From: Candidatus Omnitrophota bacterium
Lineage (GTDB): Bacteria > Omnitrophota > Gorgyraeia > VGKH01
Length of the DNA stretch: 64,000 bases
NCBI GenBank assembly: GCA_022703055.1
Contig: JAKLEP010000001.1
Coordinates: 474,850-538,849, forward strand
Direction of reading: 5' to 3'
Position 1 is the stretch's first letter, and each line of letters opens with the position of its first letter. The notes beneath the pieces were generated by a model. That model saw nothing but the letters and a program-made list of their open reading frames with translations, was not told the origin of the DNA and searched no databases. This document shows positions 1 through 7,471 of this stretch, piece after piece. The position numbers and the translations under genes were made by a program.

Positions 1-258
1 GATGAGATTGCTCAAGAAGAATTTGAAAAGTTTTTGGTTGACCAAGGCGTGCCTCCAGAACAATATTATGAAGTTAGAGAGTTTTTTAAGTCATATCTTA
101 TTGATGAAGCTTTTAGAGTAGCCATAAATCAAAAAGAATTTAATAAATTCGCATCAAACCCTGTAATGATGGAAATTTTTCGTAAACTCGGACGCGAAAA
201 GATCCAAAATGTATCTGAATACATTAAAGACAATGTAATACTTAATATATTTAGTTAA
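1..258 (+). CDS. C-terminal fragment of an ORF continuing upstream of the window; possibly the R subunit of the adjacent type I R-M system
   Basis: Frame 1 is open from base 1 to TAA 256-258, which ends 2 nt before the methyltransferase start. Function is guessed from adjacency only; no catalytic motif is visible. Confidence 0.35.
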   Translation, partial: DEIAQEEFEKFLVDQGVPPEQYYEVREFFKSYLIDEAFRVAINQKEFNKFASNPVMMEIFRKLGREKIQNVSEYIKDNVILNIFS

Positions 259-260
259 AA

Positions 261-2240
261 ATGTTAAACGCAGAAACCAAACGAAAAATTGATGGCTTAC
301 GTGATACTTTAGTTGGCAAGATACCTGTGCCAACTGAGCAGGTTAAATTGATTACCCTTGGGCTTATTTACAAGTTTATGAGCGATATAGACCAGGAAAA
401 TAAAGAGCTAGGCGGCAAGTCGTTTTTTGCTGGAGAATACGAACAATACGCTTGGCATAAATTGATGGACAGGTCGCTTTCAAGCTATGAAAGGGTAGCA
501 ATATACTCGGAGGGCCTAGAAAAAATGGCTCTTAATCCTAATATCCCACAGCTTTTTAGAGATATTTTTAAAGGTGCATTTCTTCCCTTTAGGGATCCTG
601 CTACAGTAGATTTATTTTTGCGTGGCATTAACGATTTCCATTATGAACATAGCGAAGATTTAGGTGATGCCTTTGAATACCTAATTTCAATAATGGGTAC
701 ACAAGGCGAAGCAGGACAGTTTAGGACACCTCGCCATATTATTGACTTTATCGTAAAGGCCGTTGATCCACGAAAAACTGATACTGTTTTAGATCCTGCC
801 TGCGGCACAGCCGGATTCTTAATCTCTGCCTACAAACACATCCTTGAGCAAAACATGGATCCTCAATCAAAGAGGCCAGGTTCAGCTCTTACAACTGCAG
901 AAAGAAATAAATTAAGTAAAAATTTTGTTGGTTATGATATTTCTCACGATATGGTACGACTTTCTTTGGTAAATATGTACCTACATCAATTCGGAGATCC
1001 TAAAATTTACGAATACGATACGCTTACCAGCTTAGATCACTGGGAAGATAATTTCGATTGCATTTTAACCAATCCTCCTTTTATGACACCGAAGGGAGGA
1101 ATTAGACCGCACAAGAGGTTTGCTGTTAAGGCAAAGAAATCAGAAGTTTTATTTGTGGATTATGTTTTAGAGCATTTAAACAAAAGTTGTCGCGCTGGTA
1201 TCATTGTTCCTGAAGGAATAATTGAAAATGACGCTACAGCATACATCAGTTTAAGAAAAACCATGATCGATAGTAATTTTTTATATGCTATTATTTCCTT
1301 ACCCGTTGGGACATTTCAGCCGTATAGTGCAAACATAAAAACAAGTATTTTATTCTTTGACCGAATGTTGGCCGGTAGTACTAATACGTTATTGCATTTG
1401 AAAGTCGATCATGATGGGTTCGATTTAGGCAAAAATAGAAATCCTATTCAAGAAAATGACTTACCATTTATTCTTAGCGTTATAAAAAAATTTCAAAGCG
1501 ATATAGAAAGTAGACAATCGATAATAATACCTAAGCACCCCAAAGTTACTTTAATTGACAAAAATAAGATTAGAGAAAGAAATGATTATTCTTTAATGCT
1601 TAGGTATTATTTATTAAAAAAGCCTCAAAAAATTTCTGGCCAATGTGAAATGTTAGAGCTTGGCCAATTGTTCGACGTCAAAAAAGGAAGTTTACAGAGT
1701 TCTAAAAATACAGATGGCGAATACGATTTCATAACAGCATCAGAAACATGGAAAAAACATAATACCTATACACATGATTGTGAGGCTTTGCTTTTTGCAA
1801 TGGGTGCTTCAGGGTCTTTAGGAAGGACACATTATGTAAAAGGAAAATTTATTGCAAGCGATCTTTGTTTCATCTTGACTCCCAAAAAAGATTCCGATAG
1901 ACAAATTAATTTTAAGTTTTATTTCAAATATTTTACTCTACTGAGAGAAAAAGTAGTAAATGATATTGTTAAAGGTGCAGCAAAGAAAGCGATTAGTGCT
2001 AAGAATTTCAAAAAACATAAAGTACCATATCTCCCAATAGATACTCAAGAAAAAATTGTTAAAGAAATAGAGGATTTAGAGAATAAGATTAATAATGAAC
2101 AGGAAATAATAAATCGTCATTTAAATAGTATAGAAAGCTACAAAAATGACATCGAGAGGAAAATATTATCATCCTGGCAAATCGACCCCGGACCTTTTCC
2201 AGTTAAGAATGCTAGTAAGAAGATGGGTATTATAAATTAA
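261..2240 (+). CDS. hsdM: Type I R-M N6-adenine DNA methyltransferase (HsdM-like) fused to one HsdS-like target recognition domain plus helical spacer
   Basis: 659 aa. It has an HsdM-type N-terminus, GQFRTPRHII, motif I LDPACGTAGFL and motif IV TNPPF. The C-terminal ~190 aa (LELGQLFDVKKGS...ASDLCFILTPKK...IDTQEKIVKEIEDLENKI) resembles one HsdS TRD plus the conserved coiled-coil region. Confidence 0.85.
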   Translation: MLNAETKRKIDGLRDTLVGKIPVPTEQVKLITLGLIYKFMSDIDQENKELGGKSFFAGEYEQYAWHKLMDRSLSSYERVAIYSEGLEKMALNPNIPQLFRDIFKGAFLPFRDPATVDLFLRGINDFHYEHSEDLGDAFEYLISIMGTQGEAGQFRTPRHIIDFIVKAVDPRKTDTVLDPACGTAGFLISAYKHILEQNMDPQSKRPGSALTTAERNKLSKNFVGYDISHDMVRLSLVNMYLHQFGDPKIYEYDTLTSLDHWEDNFDCILTNPPFMTPKGGIRPHKRFAVKAKKSEVLFVDYVLEHLNKSCRAGIIVPEGIIENDATAYISLRKTMIDSNFLYAIISLPVGTFQPYSANIKTSILFFDRMLAGSTNTLLHLKVDHDGFDLGKNRNPIQENDLPFILSVIKKFQSDIESRQSIIIPKHPKVTLIDKNKIRERNDYSLMLRYYLLKKPQKISGQCEMLELGQLFDVKKGSLQSSKNTDGEYDFITASETWKKHNTYTHDCEALLFAMGASGSLGRTHYVKGKFIASDLCFILTPKKDSDRQINFKFYFKYFTLLREKVVNDIVKGAAKKAISAKNFKKHKVPYLPIDTQEKIVKEIEDLENKINNEQEIINRHLNSIESYKNDIERKILSSWQIDPGPFPVKNASKKMGIIN

Positions 2241-2269
2241 TTGACAATTTATATTAACTTTAATAGACT
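2241..2269 (+). promoter_or_regulatory. Candidate sigma70-type promoter for the small-ORF/PIN-PilZ pair
   Basis: TTGACA 2241-2246, 17-nt spacer, TAGACT 2264-2269, directly after the hsdM stop. Confidence 0.35.
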
Positions 2270-2290
2270 ATATTAAAAAGGGGGAGGAAA

Positions 2291-2464
2291 ATGAGTGGGG
2301 ATAGATTAGAAAAGCATAGAAAAGCAGAAAAAAGAGAAAATCCTAATGCTTTCTATGATTGGTTAAAAACTAATTGTCGTAAAGCTGTTCCTCATGAAGA
2401 GTTGAAAAGCCTGCCGGAAGAAAAGAAAAAAATCATAGAAGCAATCGTTTTAAAAAATTCTTAA
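2291..2464 (+). CDS. Small hypothetical protein (57 aa), candidate partner of the downstream PIN-PilZ protein
   Basis: ATG 2291 is preceded by GGGGGAGG (2280-2287). TAA 2462-2464 lies 3 nt before the next start. The ORF is below the ORF-track size cutoff. It translates as MSGDRLEKHRKAEKRENPNAFYDWLKTNCRKAVPHEELKSLPEEKKKIIEAIVLKNS. Confidence 0.45.
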   Translation: MSGDRLEKHRKAEKRENPNAFYDWLKTNCRKAVPHEELKSLPEEKKKIIEAIVLKNS

Positions 2465-2467
2465 TGA

Positions 2468-3331
2468 ATGATAATTGATTGCTTGCTTGATACAAATTCA
2501 ATTATAAAATTATATGTAGATATGAGGGGATCTGAAGTAGTAAGGCATCTCTACCAAAATCCTGCTGTACTTATCAATATTGCAAACACTCAAGTAGTTG
2601 AGGTTATCTCTCTTTTTTATAAGTTTAGAAGAGAAGGTGTATTTTCTAGCGATGAAGAAAGAACTAAATATGTCGATACTTTTTTAAAGGATATCTCTGA
2701 TAAAAAAATTGAAGTATATGATTTTGCAGATGAACACATTAAAGATTTTGAAGTATATGAAAAAATAACCAACATAAAACCTCCTTTTAAAAATCCAATT
2801 CGTCCTAAACAAGTTTTTATTCATAAATGGAATGCTTTTTTTAAAGAAGTAAAAGAGCCCGCAGACGGCATTGATACAATTATGCTATTAATAATGAGAG
2901 AAATGCATTTAATGACTCAAAAAGAAGCTTTTATTTTTTCTTCTGATGGACATGTTAAGAAAGTTGCTGAAGCTTTAGGTTTAAAAATTATAGACCCAGA
3001 ATCAAAGTCTTTGAGAGAATTGCCAGAAGAGTTATTGCGTTTTAGAAACAAAAGAGAAAATATTAATTTAAGAGCAATTTGTATAGATTGTGAAAGTTCA
3101 CTCCAACTAAATACATCCAGAGCAGTAAATATTTGTAAAGGTGGTTTATGCCTCGAAACAAGAAATTTATTAACAGTTGGTAAAAGATTAGATATTAGAA
3201 GACTAGAGTCTTATGATGGCTCAAAAACTATTGAAAATATTCCTTCGACTATTGTTTGGTATGATCAGCAAAAACAACAAGCAGGCTTAAAATTTCTGAA
3301 CGATTTTGATCATTCCGTTTTTCTTTCATAA
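2468..3331 (+). CDS. PIN-like nuclease domain fused to a C-terminal PilZ-like domain
   Basis: 287 aa. The PIN-type acidic residues fall in the expected contexts: D8 (LLDTN), E45 (QVVEVIS), D136 (GIDTIML) and D160 (FSSDGH). The C-terminus has RFRNKRENINLR, then 25 aa later NICKGGLCL, matching PilZ (D/N)xSxxG with S to C. The RxxxR motif is degenerate. Confidence 0.55.
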   Translation: MIIDCLLDTNSIIKLYVDMRGSEVVRHLYQNPAVLINIANTQVVEVISLFYKFRREGVFSSDEERTKYVDTFLKDISDKKIEVYDFADEHIKDFEVYEKITNIKPPFKNPIRPKQVFIHKWNAFFKEVKEPADGIDTIMLLIMREMHLMTQKEAFIFSSDGHVKKVAEALGLKIIDPESKSLRELPEELLRFRNKRENINLRAICIDCESSLQLNTSRAVNICKGGLCLETRNLLTVGKRLDIRRLESYDGSKTIENIPSTIVWYDQQKQQAGLKFLNDFDHSVFLS

Positions 3332-3368
3332 AAAAACTCAAAACAAAGAGACGGTCATATTTAATTTT

Positions 3369-3400
3369 TAGGGACGTTCCCCGAGTTGAACTTGAGGGAC
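3369..3400. repeat. Left copy of a 32-bp direct repeat bracketing the 3437-4045 gene
   Basis: TAGGGACGTTCCCCGAGTTGAACTTGAGGGAC matches 4057-4088 at 29 of 32 positions. It is followed by a small hairpin, AGGGAC-ctt-GTCCCT (3395-3409). Confidence 0.8.
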
Positions 3401-3436
3401 CTTGTCCCTATATGATTTGCGCACTAAATTTGTCAG

Positions 3437-4045
3437 ATGAAAAACATCAATATAAATATTATAAATACTGCTTGTAAGACAGGAAAATGGGATCTCGGTA
3501 ATGAAGTTTTATATTCCTTATGTAGAGAATACCCCTTTCATAAAAAAGACGGCGAAATTATTGCGAAGGTTTGGTTAATAGGAAGATCATACGCCGCTTC
3601 TATAGAACGTAGAAAAAATGCTAAGAGCAATAACGAAGAATTTTACGAATCAGAAGTTGTTCCAGCTATTAAAAATTCGAATATTGATTCCTGGCTATCC
3701 ATTACTTCTAAATTGCAAATTCCTGGAAGTGAAGAATCAGTTCTTGTTCACAAGAAACTAATGGATTTGTTTGCCTCGATATCTGGTCATAATAATAGGT
3801 CATTAGCGTCAAAGTATCTTCATTTTCACCAGCCAAAAGTATTTTTTATCTATGACAGCAGAGCAAGAAACGCCATTACAGAATATTGTCCTAAACTAAA
3901 CAAGATTGAAGATATCAATACTAAAGAATTTGATAAAGAGTATAAGGATTTTGTGAGAAAGTGCGTTTGGCTTAGGGGCCATATTAAGTCACTTTACGGA
4001 TTATCTCTTAAACCAAGAGAAATAGATAATTTCTTGTTAGGATAG
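3437..4045 (+). CDS. Hypothetical protein (202 aa), orphan gene between direct repeats
   Basis: The ORF is intact and AT-rich like the R-M islet. I cannot name a family with confidence. Motifs KVWLIGRSYAASIERR and ASKYLHFHQPKVFFIYDSRA are noted. Confidence 0.6.
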   Translation: MKNININIINTACKTGKWDLGNEVLYSLCREYPFHKKDGEIIAKVWLIGRSYAASIERRKNAKSNNEEFYESEVVPAIKNSNIDSWLSITSKLQIPGSEESVLVHKKLMDLFASISGHNNRSLASKYLHFHQPKVFFIYDSRARNAITEYCPKLNKIEDINTKEFDKEYKDFVRKCVWLRGHIKSLYGLSLKPREIDNFLLG

Positions 4046-4056
4046 AGTGATTAATC

Positions 4057-4088
4057 TAGGGACATTCCCCAAGTTGAACTTGAGGGCC
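4057..4088. repeat. Right copy of the 32-bp direct repeat
   Basis: TAGGGACATTCCCCAAGTTGAACTTGAGGGCC contains the 13-bp palindrome CAAGTTgAACTTG. It is followed by CCG-ctt-CGG plus a T-run (4090-4105). Confidence 0.8.
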
Positions 4089-4120
4089 CCCGCTTCGGAT
4101 TTTTGATGGAATTGAAAAAG

Positions 4121-4266
4121 ATCCCTCGCGCCTTTTGGCACTTCCTTCGCGTTGCTCAGGACTGTTCGAAGGACACTGAGCAAAGCGAACGTGCGGGATT
4201 CAATTCGCACTGACAACTTATGTTCACTATCGTTCCATAAGTTGTGTGCTCATTGAAGGAGAAAAA
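4121..4266 (+). promoter_or_regulatory. Conserved structured 5' leader, copy 1
   Basis: Boxes CCCTCGC (4123-4129) and CGGGATT (4194-4200) enclose a variable hairpin (4146-4189). A conserved hairpin follows, ACAACTTATG 4213-4222 / CATAAGTTGT 4236-4245, then GTGCTCATT, SD GAAGGAG and ATG 4267. Confidence 0.7.
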
Positions 4267-5013
4267 ATGAAAAAAATAGTCTATATTATTTCTGTTTTGT
4301 TGATTTTTGCAGCCGCTCAAGCGTTTGCGGAGATTCCGGGAAAAGTGCCAAGTTTGACAACATCAAAACAAAAGAGGTTGCAGAGTAGCGTTGTAAGTTC
4401 TGTCCAAGAGAAAGAGGAACACCCCGGTGTGCCGGCAGTCCCGTTTAATCTGCATGCCACTGTCCGCAGCAGTAAACAGATTGACCTTGCCTGGGGTTAT
4501 GGTAGATCAACCGAAGATGGTTTCGTGCTGGAGCGGCGTACAGAGACGGAAGGCGAGTACAAAGTCGTGGCTGCCATTTCTCAGGGAAGCCTGCGCTATG
4601 AAGATCTCCGGGTATATCCGAATACGACGTATCTGTATCGCGTCCGCGCATTTAATCGCGATGGGTACTCTGAAGCCAGTGCGGAAATTCAGGCTACTAC
4701 CCCGCCTCAGTTATTGCCATCAGCGCCGAATAACGTCAGTGCCCAGATCATCGAGGGTGTGACCAATGATGAATGTAAAGGCCCGCATGTTCTGATACAG
4801 TGGTATGATACTTCCAATAATGAAGACGGATTCAAAGTTGAACGCAAACGAGAAGGCGAGGGAGTATTTACTGAAATCGGCAGAGCCAAGAGGAATGAAA
4901 AAGCCCTGATACCGTCTGGTTGCGCGGTTTGGGGGACATCTTATTATCGCGTCAAGGCATTCAATAGCTACGGGGATTCAGAGGAATCGCCCATATGCTC
5001 TGCGGTTAGATAA
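4267..5013 (+). CDS. Secreted protein with two fibronectin type III domains
   Basis: Signal peptide MKKIVYIISVLLIFAAAQAFA. Two FN3-like units are present (...IDLAWGY...DGFVLERR...YLYRVRAFNRDGYSE and ...IQWYD...DGFKVERK...YYRVKAFNSYGDSE). I chose ATG 4267 with an SD rather than the track GTG 4246, which lies inside the conserved leader. Confidence 0.75.
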   Translation: MKKIVYIISVLLIFAAAQAFAEIPGKVPSLTTSKQKRLQSSVVSSVQEKEEHPGVPAVPFNLHATVRSSKQIDLAWGYGRSTEDGFVLERRTETEGEYKVVAAISQGSLRYEDLRVYPNTTYLYRVRAFNRDGYSEASAEIQATTPPQLLPSAPNNVSAQIIEGVTNDECKGPHVLIQWYDTSNNEDGFKVERKREGEGVFTEIGRAKRNEKALIPSGCAVWGTSYYRVKAFNSYGDSEESPICSAVR

Positions 5014-5030
5014 GGCAATCCAGGAATCCA

Positions 5031-5071
5031 GGGACGTTGCCGCCGAAAGTTAAAATCATCGGCAACGTCCC
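5031..5071. repeat. Inverted repeat of the GGGACGTTGCC family
   Basis: GGGACGTTGCCG (5031-5042) and CGGCAACGTCCC (5060-5071) form 12-bp perfect arms with a 17-nt loop. The same arm sequence recurs at 10773-10815. Confidence 0.8.
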
Positions 5072-5084
5072 CAGAAATAAATTT

Positions 5085-6338
5085 ATGACACATAAAATTA
5101 CAAATACCAATAATCATCCGCTGGACAATATTGTCCCGGAGAGGACTTTTTACGGCCTGGGGATAGCCCCGAAGATTCTTGATATCCTTGGGCATATAAA
5201 ATTCAAGGTTCCCACACCCATCCAGTTTAAGGCCATACCCCTGGCGCTTGAAGGTAAAGATGTTATCGGGATCGCCCAGACCGGGACCGGCAAGACTCAC
5301 GCCTTTGCCATTCCCATGATTCAGCGCCTGGCGCAAAGAAAAGGTGTGGGCCTGGTCTTGGCGCCTACGCGCGAATTGGCGATTCAGATCGACGAGGCTT
5401 TTATGAAAATGGCTCCTGCCTTCGGCATGAAGACAGCTTGTCTTATCGGCGGAGCTCCGATGGATGGTCAACTGCAGGCGCTGCGAAAAAATCCGCGTAT
5501 CGTTATTGCCACTCCGGGCAGGCTGATAGATCATATTGGCCGCTGGAATTTTATGCCGGATAGCGTATCGATGCTGGTGCTTGATGAAGCTGACCGCATG
5601 CTGGATATGGGATTTGCCCCGCAGATTGCACAGATCCTTAAGTTCCTTCCCAAAGACCGGCAGACCATGCTTTTTTCCGCCACTATCCCCAAGGAGATTA
5701 TGGAGATCGCCGCTAAGTATATGAAGCTTCCGGTTTCTCTTGAGGTTGCGCCTTCAGGCACGACCGTAGAGCACGTGACCCAGGAATTATTCATCGTCAA
5801 AAGAGAAGCCAAGATACGGCTTCTGGGAAAATTGCTGGCGCAATATCACGGCTCAGTCCTTTTGTTTAGCCGCACCAAGCATAATGCCCGCAATATCATG
5901 ATGGCCATACGCAAAATGGGATACAGCGCCGCAGAGATGCATTCTAACCGTTCGCTCGGACAGCGCCGCGAAGCGCTTGAGGGTTTTAAATCAGGAAGAT
6001 ACAAGGTGCTGGTGGCTACAGACATTGCATCACGGGGCATTGATGTGATCGGAATCGAGCTGGTAATTAATTATGACCTTCCGGAAGACTCGGAAAATTA
6101 TGTGCATAGGATCGGGCGCACGGCCAGGGCCGGCAGCCAGGGGCATGCGATTTCTTTTGCCACTCCTGAGCAGAGCCGCGATGTCCGGGCGATTGAGAAG
6201 CTTATCCGGCTGACGCTTACCGTCTCAAAACATCCGGATATACCTTCTGAGAAATTTGATGAATCTGCGCGGGCGAGGCCACGCAGGGATTTCAAGAGGT
6301 TTCACGGACCGAGACGGAATAAATTCCGTCCGCGTTAA
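5085..6338 (+). CDS. DEAD-box ATP-dependent RNA helicase (RhlE-like) with a basic C-terminal tail
   Basis: Q-motif region TPIQ, AQTGTGKT, PTRELA, VLDEADRMLDMGF, SAT, HRIGRTARAG, and an Arg/Lys-rich tail. The start is uncertain. I prefer ATG 5085 because the track TTG 5037 sits inside the palindrome. Confidence 0.9.
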   Translation: MTHKITNTNNHPLDNIVPERTFYGLGIAPKILDILGHIKFKVPTPIQFKAIPLALEGKDVIGIAQTGTGKTHAFAIPMIQRLAQRKGVGLVLAPTRELAIQIDEAFMKMAPAFGMKTACLIGGAPMDGQLQALRKNPRIVIATPGRLIDHIGRWNFMPDSVSMLVLDEADRMLDMGFAPQIAQILKFLPKDRQTMLFSATIPKEIMEIAAKYMKLPVSLEVAPSGTTVEHVTQELFIVKREAKIRLLGKLLAQYHGSVLLFSRTKHNARNIMMAIRKMGYSAAEMHSNRSLGQRREALEGFKSGRYKVLVATDIASRGIDVIGIELVINYDLPEDSENYVHRIGRTARAGSQGHAISFATPEQSRDVRAIEKLIRLTLTVSKHPDIPSEKFDESARARPRRDFKRFHGPRRNKFRPR

Positions 6339-6353
6339 ATTCCGGACCGGTTT

Positions 6354-6371
6354 CCCTCGCTTTGCTCGGGA
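6354..6371 (+). repeat. Minimal copy of the CCCTCGC/CTCGGGA box pair
   Basis: CCCTCGC (6354-6360), tttg, CTCGGGA (6365-6371). It is followed by hairpin GCACGC 6374-6379 / GCGTGC 6395-6400. Confidence 0.5.
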
Positions 6372-6400
6372 CTGCACGCTTAATGTAAAATAGGGCGTGC

Positions 6401-6427
6401 TTGCCAATTAAGTATTTGTGGTATAAT
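6401..6427 (+). promoter_or_regulatory. Candidate promoter with extended -10, driving leader copy 2
   Basis: TTGCCA 6401-6406, 15-nt spacer, TGgTATAAT 6419-6427. Confidence 0.45.
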
Positions 6428-6454
6428 AAGTTTTGAAGGCCCCTCGCCTTTTTA

Positions 6455-6620
6455 GGATTGAAGAGGAATTTTAGGGATAAGTAACTTAATTGATTTTTGT
6501 CCCTCGCCTAAGCACTTGTCAATTTCTCCGAAATTGACTGCGTAGGCTCGGGATTAATTCGCACTGACAACTTATGTTCGCTAGCGCTCCATAAGTTGTG
6601 TGCTCATTAAGGAGGGTGAT
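6455..6620 (+). promoter_or_regulatory. Conserved structured 5' leader, copy 2
   Basis: GGATTGAAGAGG, then GGGATAAGTAACTTAATTGATT. Boxes CCCTCGCC 6501-6508 and GGCTCGGGATT 6545-6555 enclose hairpin 6518-6538. The conserved hairpin is ACAACTTATG 6567-6576 / CATAAGTTGT 6590-6599, followed by GTGCTCATT, SD AAGGAGG and ATG 6621. Confidence 0.7.
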
Positions 6621-7436
6621 ATGAAAAAGGTTTTTGTTTTGATGATGGTGTTTTATGTCCTATCGGTTCAAGCAGCCAGCGCAGAGGATCGCTTGATGCA
6701 GAAACTGAAGACGGTAGACTGGACGAAAAAGAACCAGCCAGCCGAGCAGGCGCAAGAAAACCGGCCGGTTTCCAAAGCCCGCCAGGTGTCGAAGGCTACC
6801 GTGATCGATGTCCGCAACATAGCCGTCCCCGTCCCGCAACCGGGCGCGAACCAGGGAAACATCATTAGTTTCAAGACAGCATCCCCATCAGAGCCGGCGG
6901 CGAATTTGGTCAGTCTTGATTCATCCCAGCTTAAAGATATCTTAAGCGATTCCGGACTGCAGTTTACGCCGTCAAATCTTTATATGAGGCTAAGCCCGAA
7001 ACAGATATCCGTTTCCGGCAAAGGTTATCTTCATCCCTATAAGCCTTATATCGTCGTCCCTAGTTTCATGCTCTTTGATGAGTTCTACACGGGTAAAGAT
7101 TCCTCAGACGGGATACACGTGGTTTTGAAGGAAGCGGGGACCTATGTCCTTGATTTTCTTATCGAGATTGTAGATGGCTATCCGGTCGGACAGGTATATC
7201 CTTGTAAGGTCTTAAAAAGCCTTAGTTCAACGCTTCAAACCGTCAATATTTCTAAAGTTGACGGGCCTCAGCATATTCTCGTCGTTGTCAATTACGACGG
7301 AACCGCCTGGAGCAGTTCCCTTTCAGCTACAGGGGCCAATTTAAATCAACTATACGGCATTCATCTTGATAAACCCGAAGGAAGCTATTATGAGACCAAG
7401 TTTAAGTTTTATCAACTCGACGTCACCAAGATGTAG
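6621..7436 (+). CDS. Secreted hypothetical protein (271 aa)
   Basis: Signal peptide MKKVFVLMMVFYVLSVQAASA, a strong SD, and no recognisable domain. Confidence 0.7.
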   Translation: MKKVFVLMMVFYVLSVQAASAEDRLMQKLKTVDWTKKNQPAEQAQENRPVSKARQVSKATVIDVRNIAVPVPQPGANQGNIISFKTASPSEPAANLVSLDSSQLKDILSDSGLQFTPSNLYMRLSPKQISVSGKGYLHPYKPYIVVPSFMLFDEFYTGKDSSDGIHVVLKEAGTYVLDFLIEIVDGYPVGQVYPCKVLKSLSSTLQTVNISKVDGPQHILVVVNYDGTAWSSSLSATGANLNQLYGIHLDKPEGSYYETKFKFYQLDVTKM

Positions 7437-7471
7437 GCCCATTAGCCAGTTTAAGCCAGGGAGTTTTTAGT

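Noticed and set aside
4427-4889. Alternative-frame and antisense ORFs (4427-4762 +, 4445-4651 -, 4707-4889 -) inside the FN3 gene
   Set aside because: They overlap a gene with clear signal peptide and FN3 domain signatures. Their translations are low-complexity and Arg/Ser/Pro-rich, typical of off-frame reading of GC-rich DNA.
4968-5534. 188-aa antisense ORF opposite the DEAD-box helicase (also 5531-5812, 5846-6040, 6098-6407 on the - strand)
   Set aside because: The + strand encodes a helicase with every canonical motif. The antisense ORFs lack starts with an SD and have no recognisable motifs. They are shadow ORFs in a GC-rich region.
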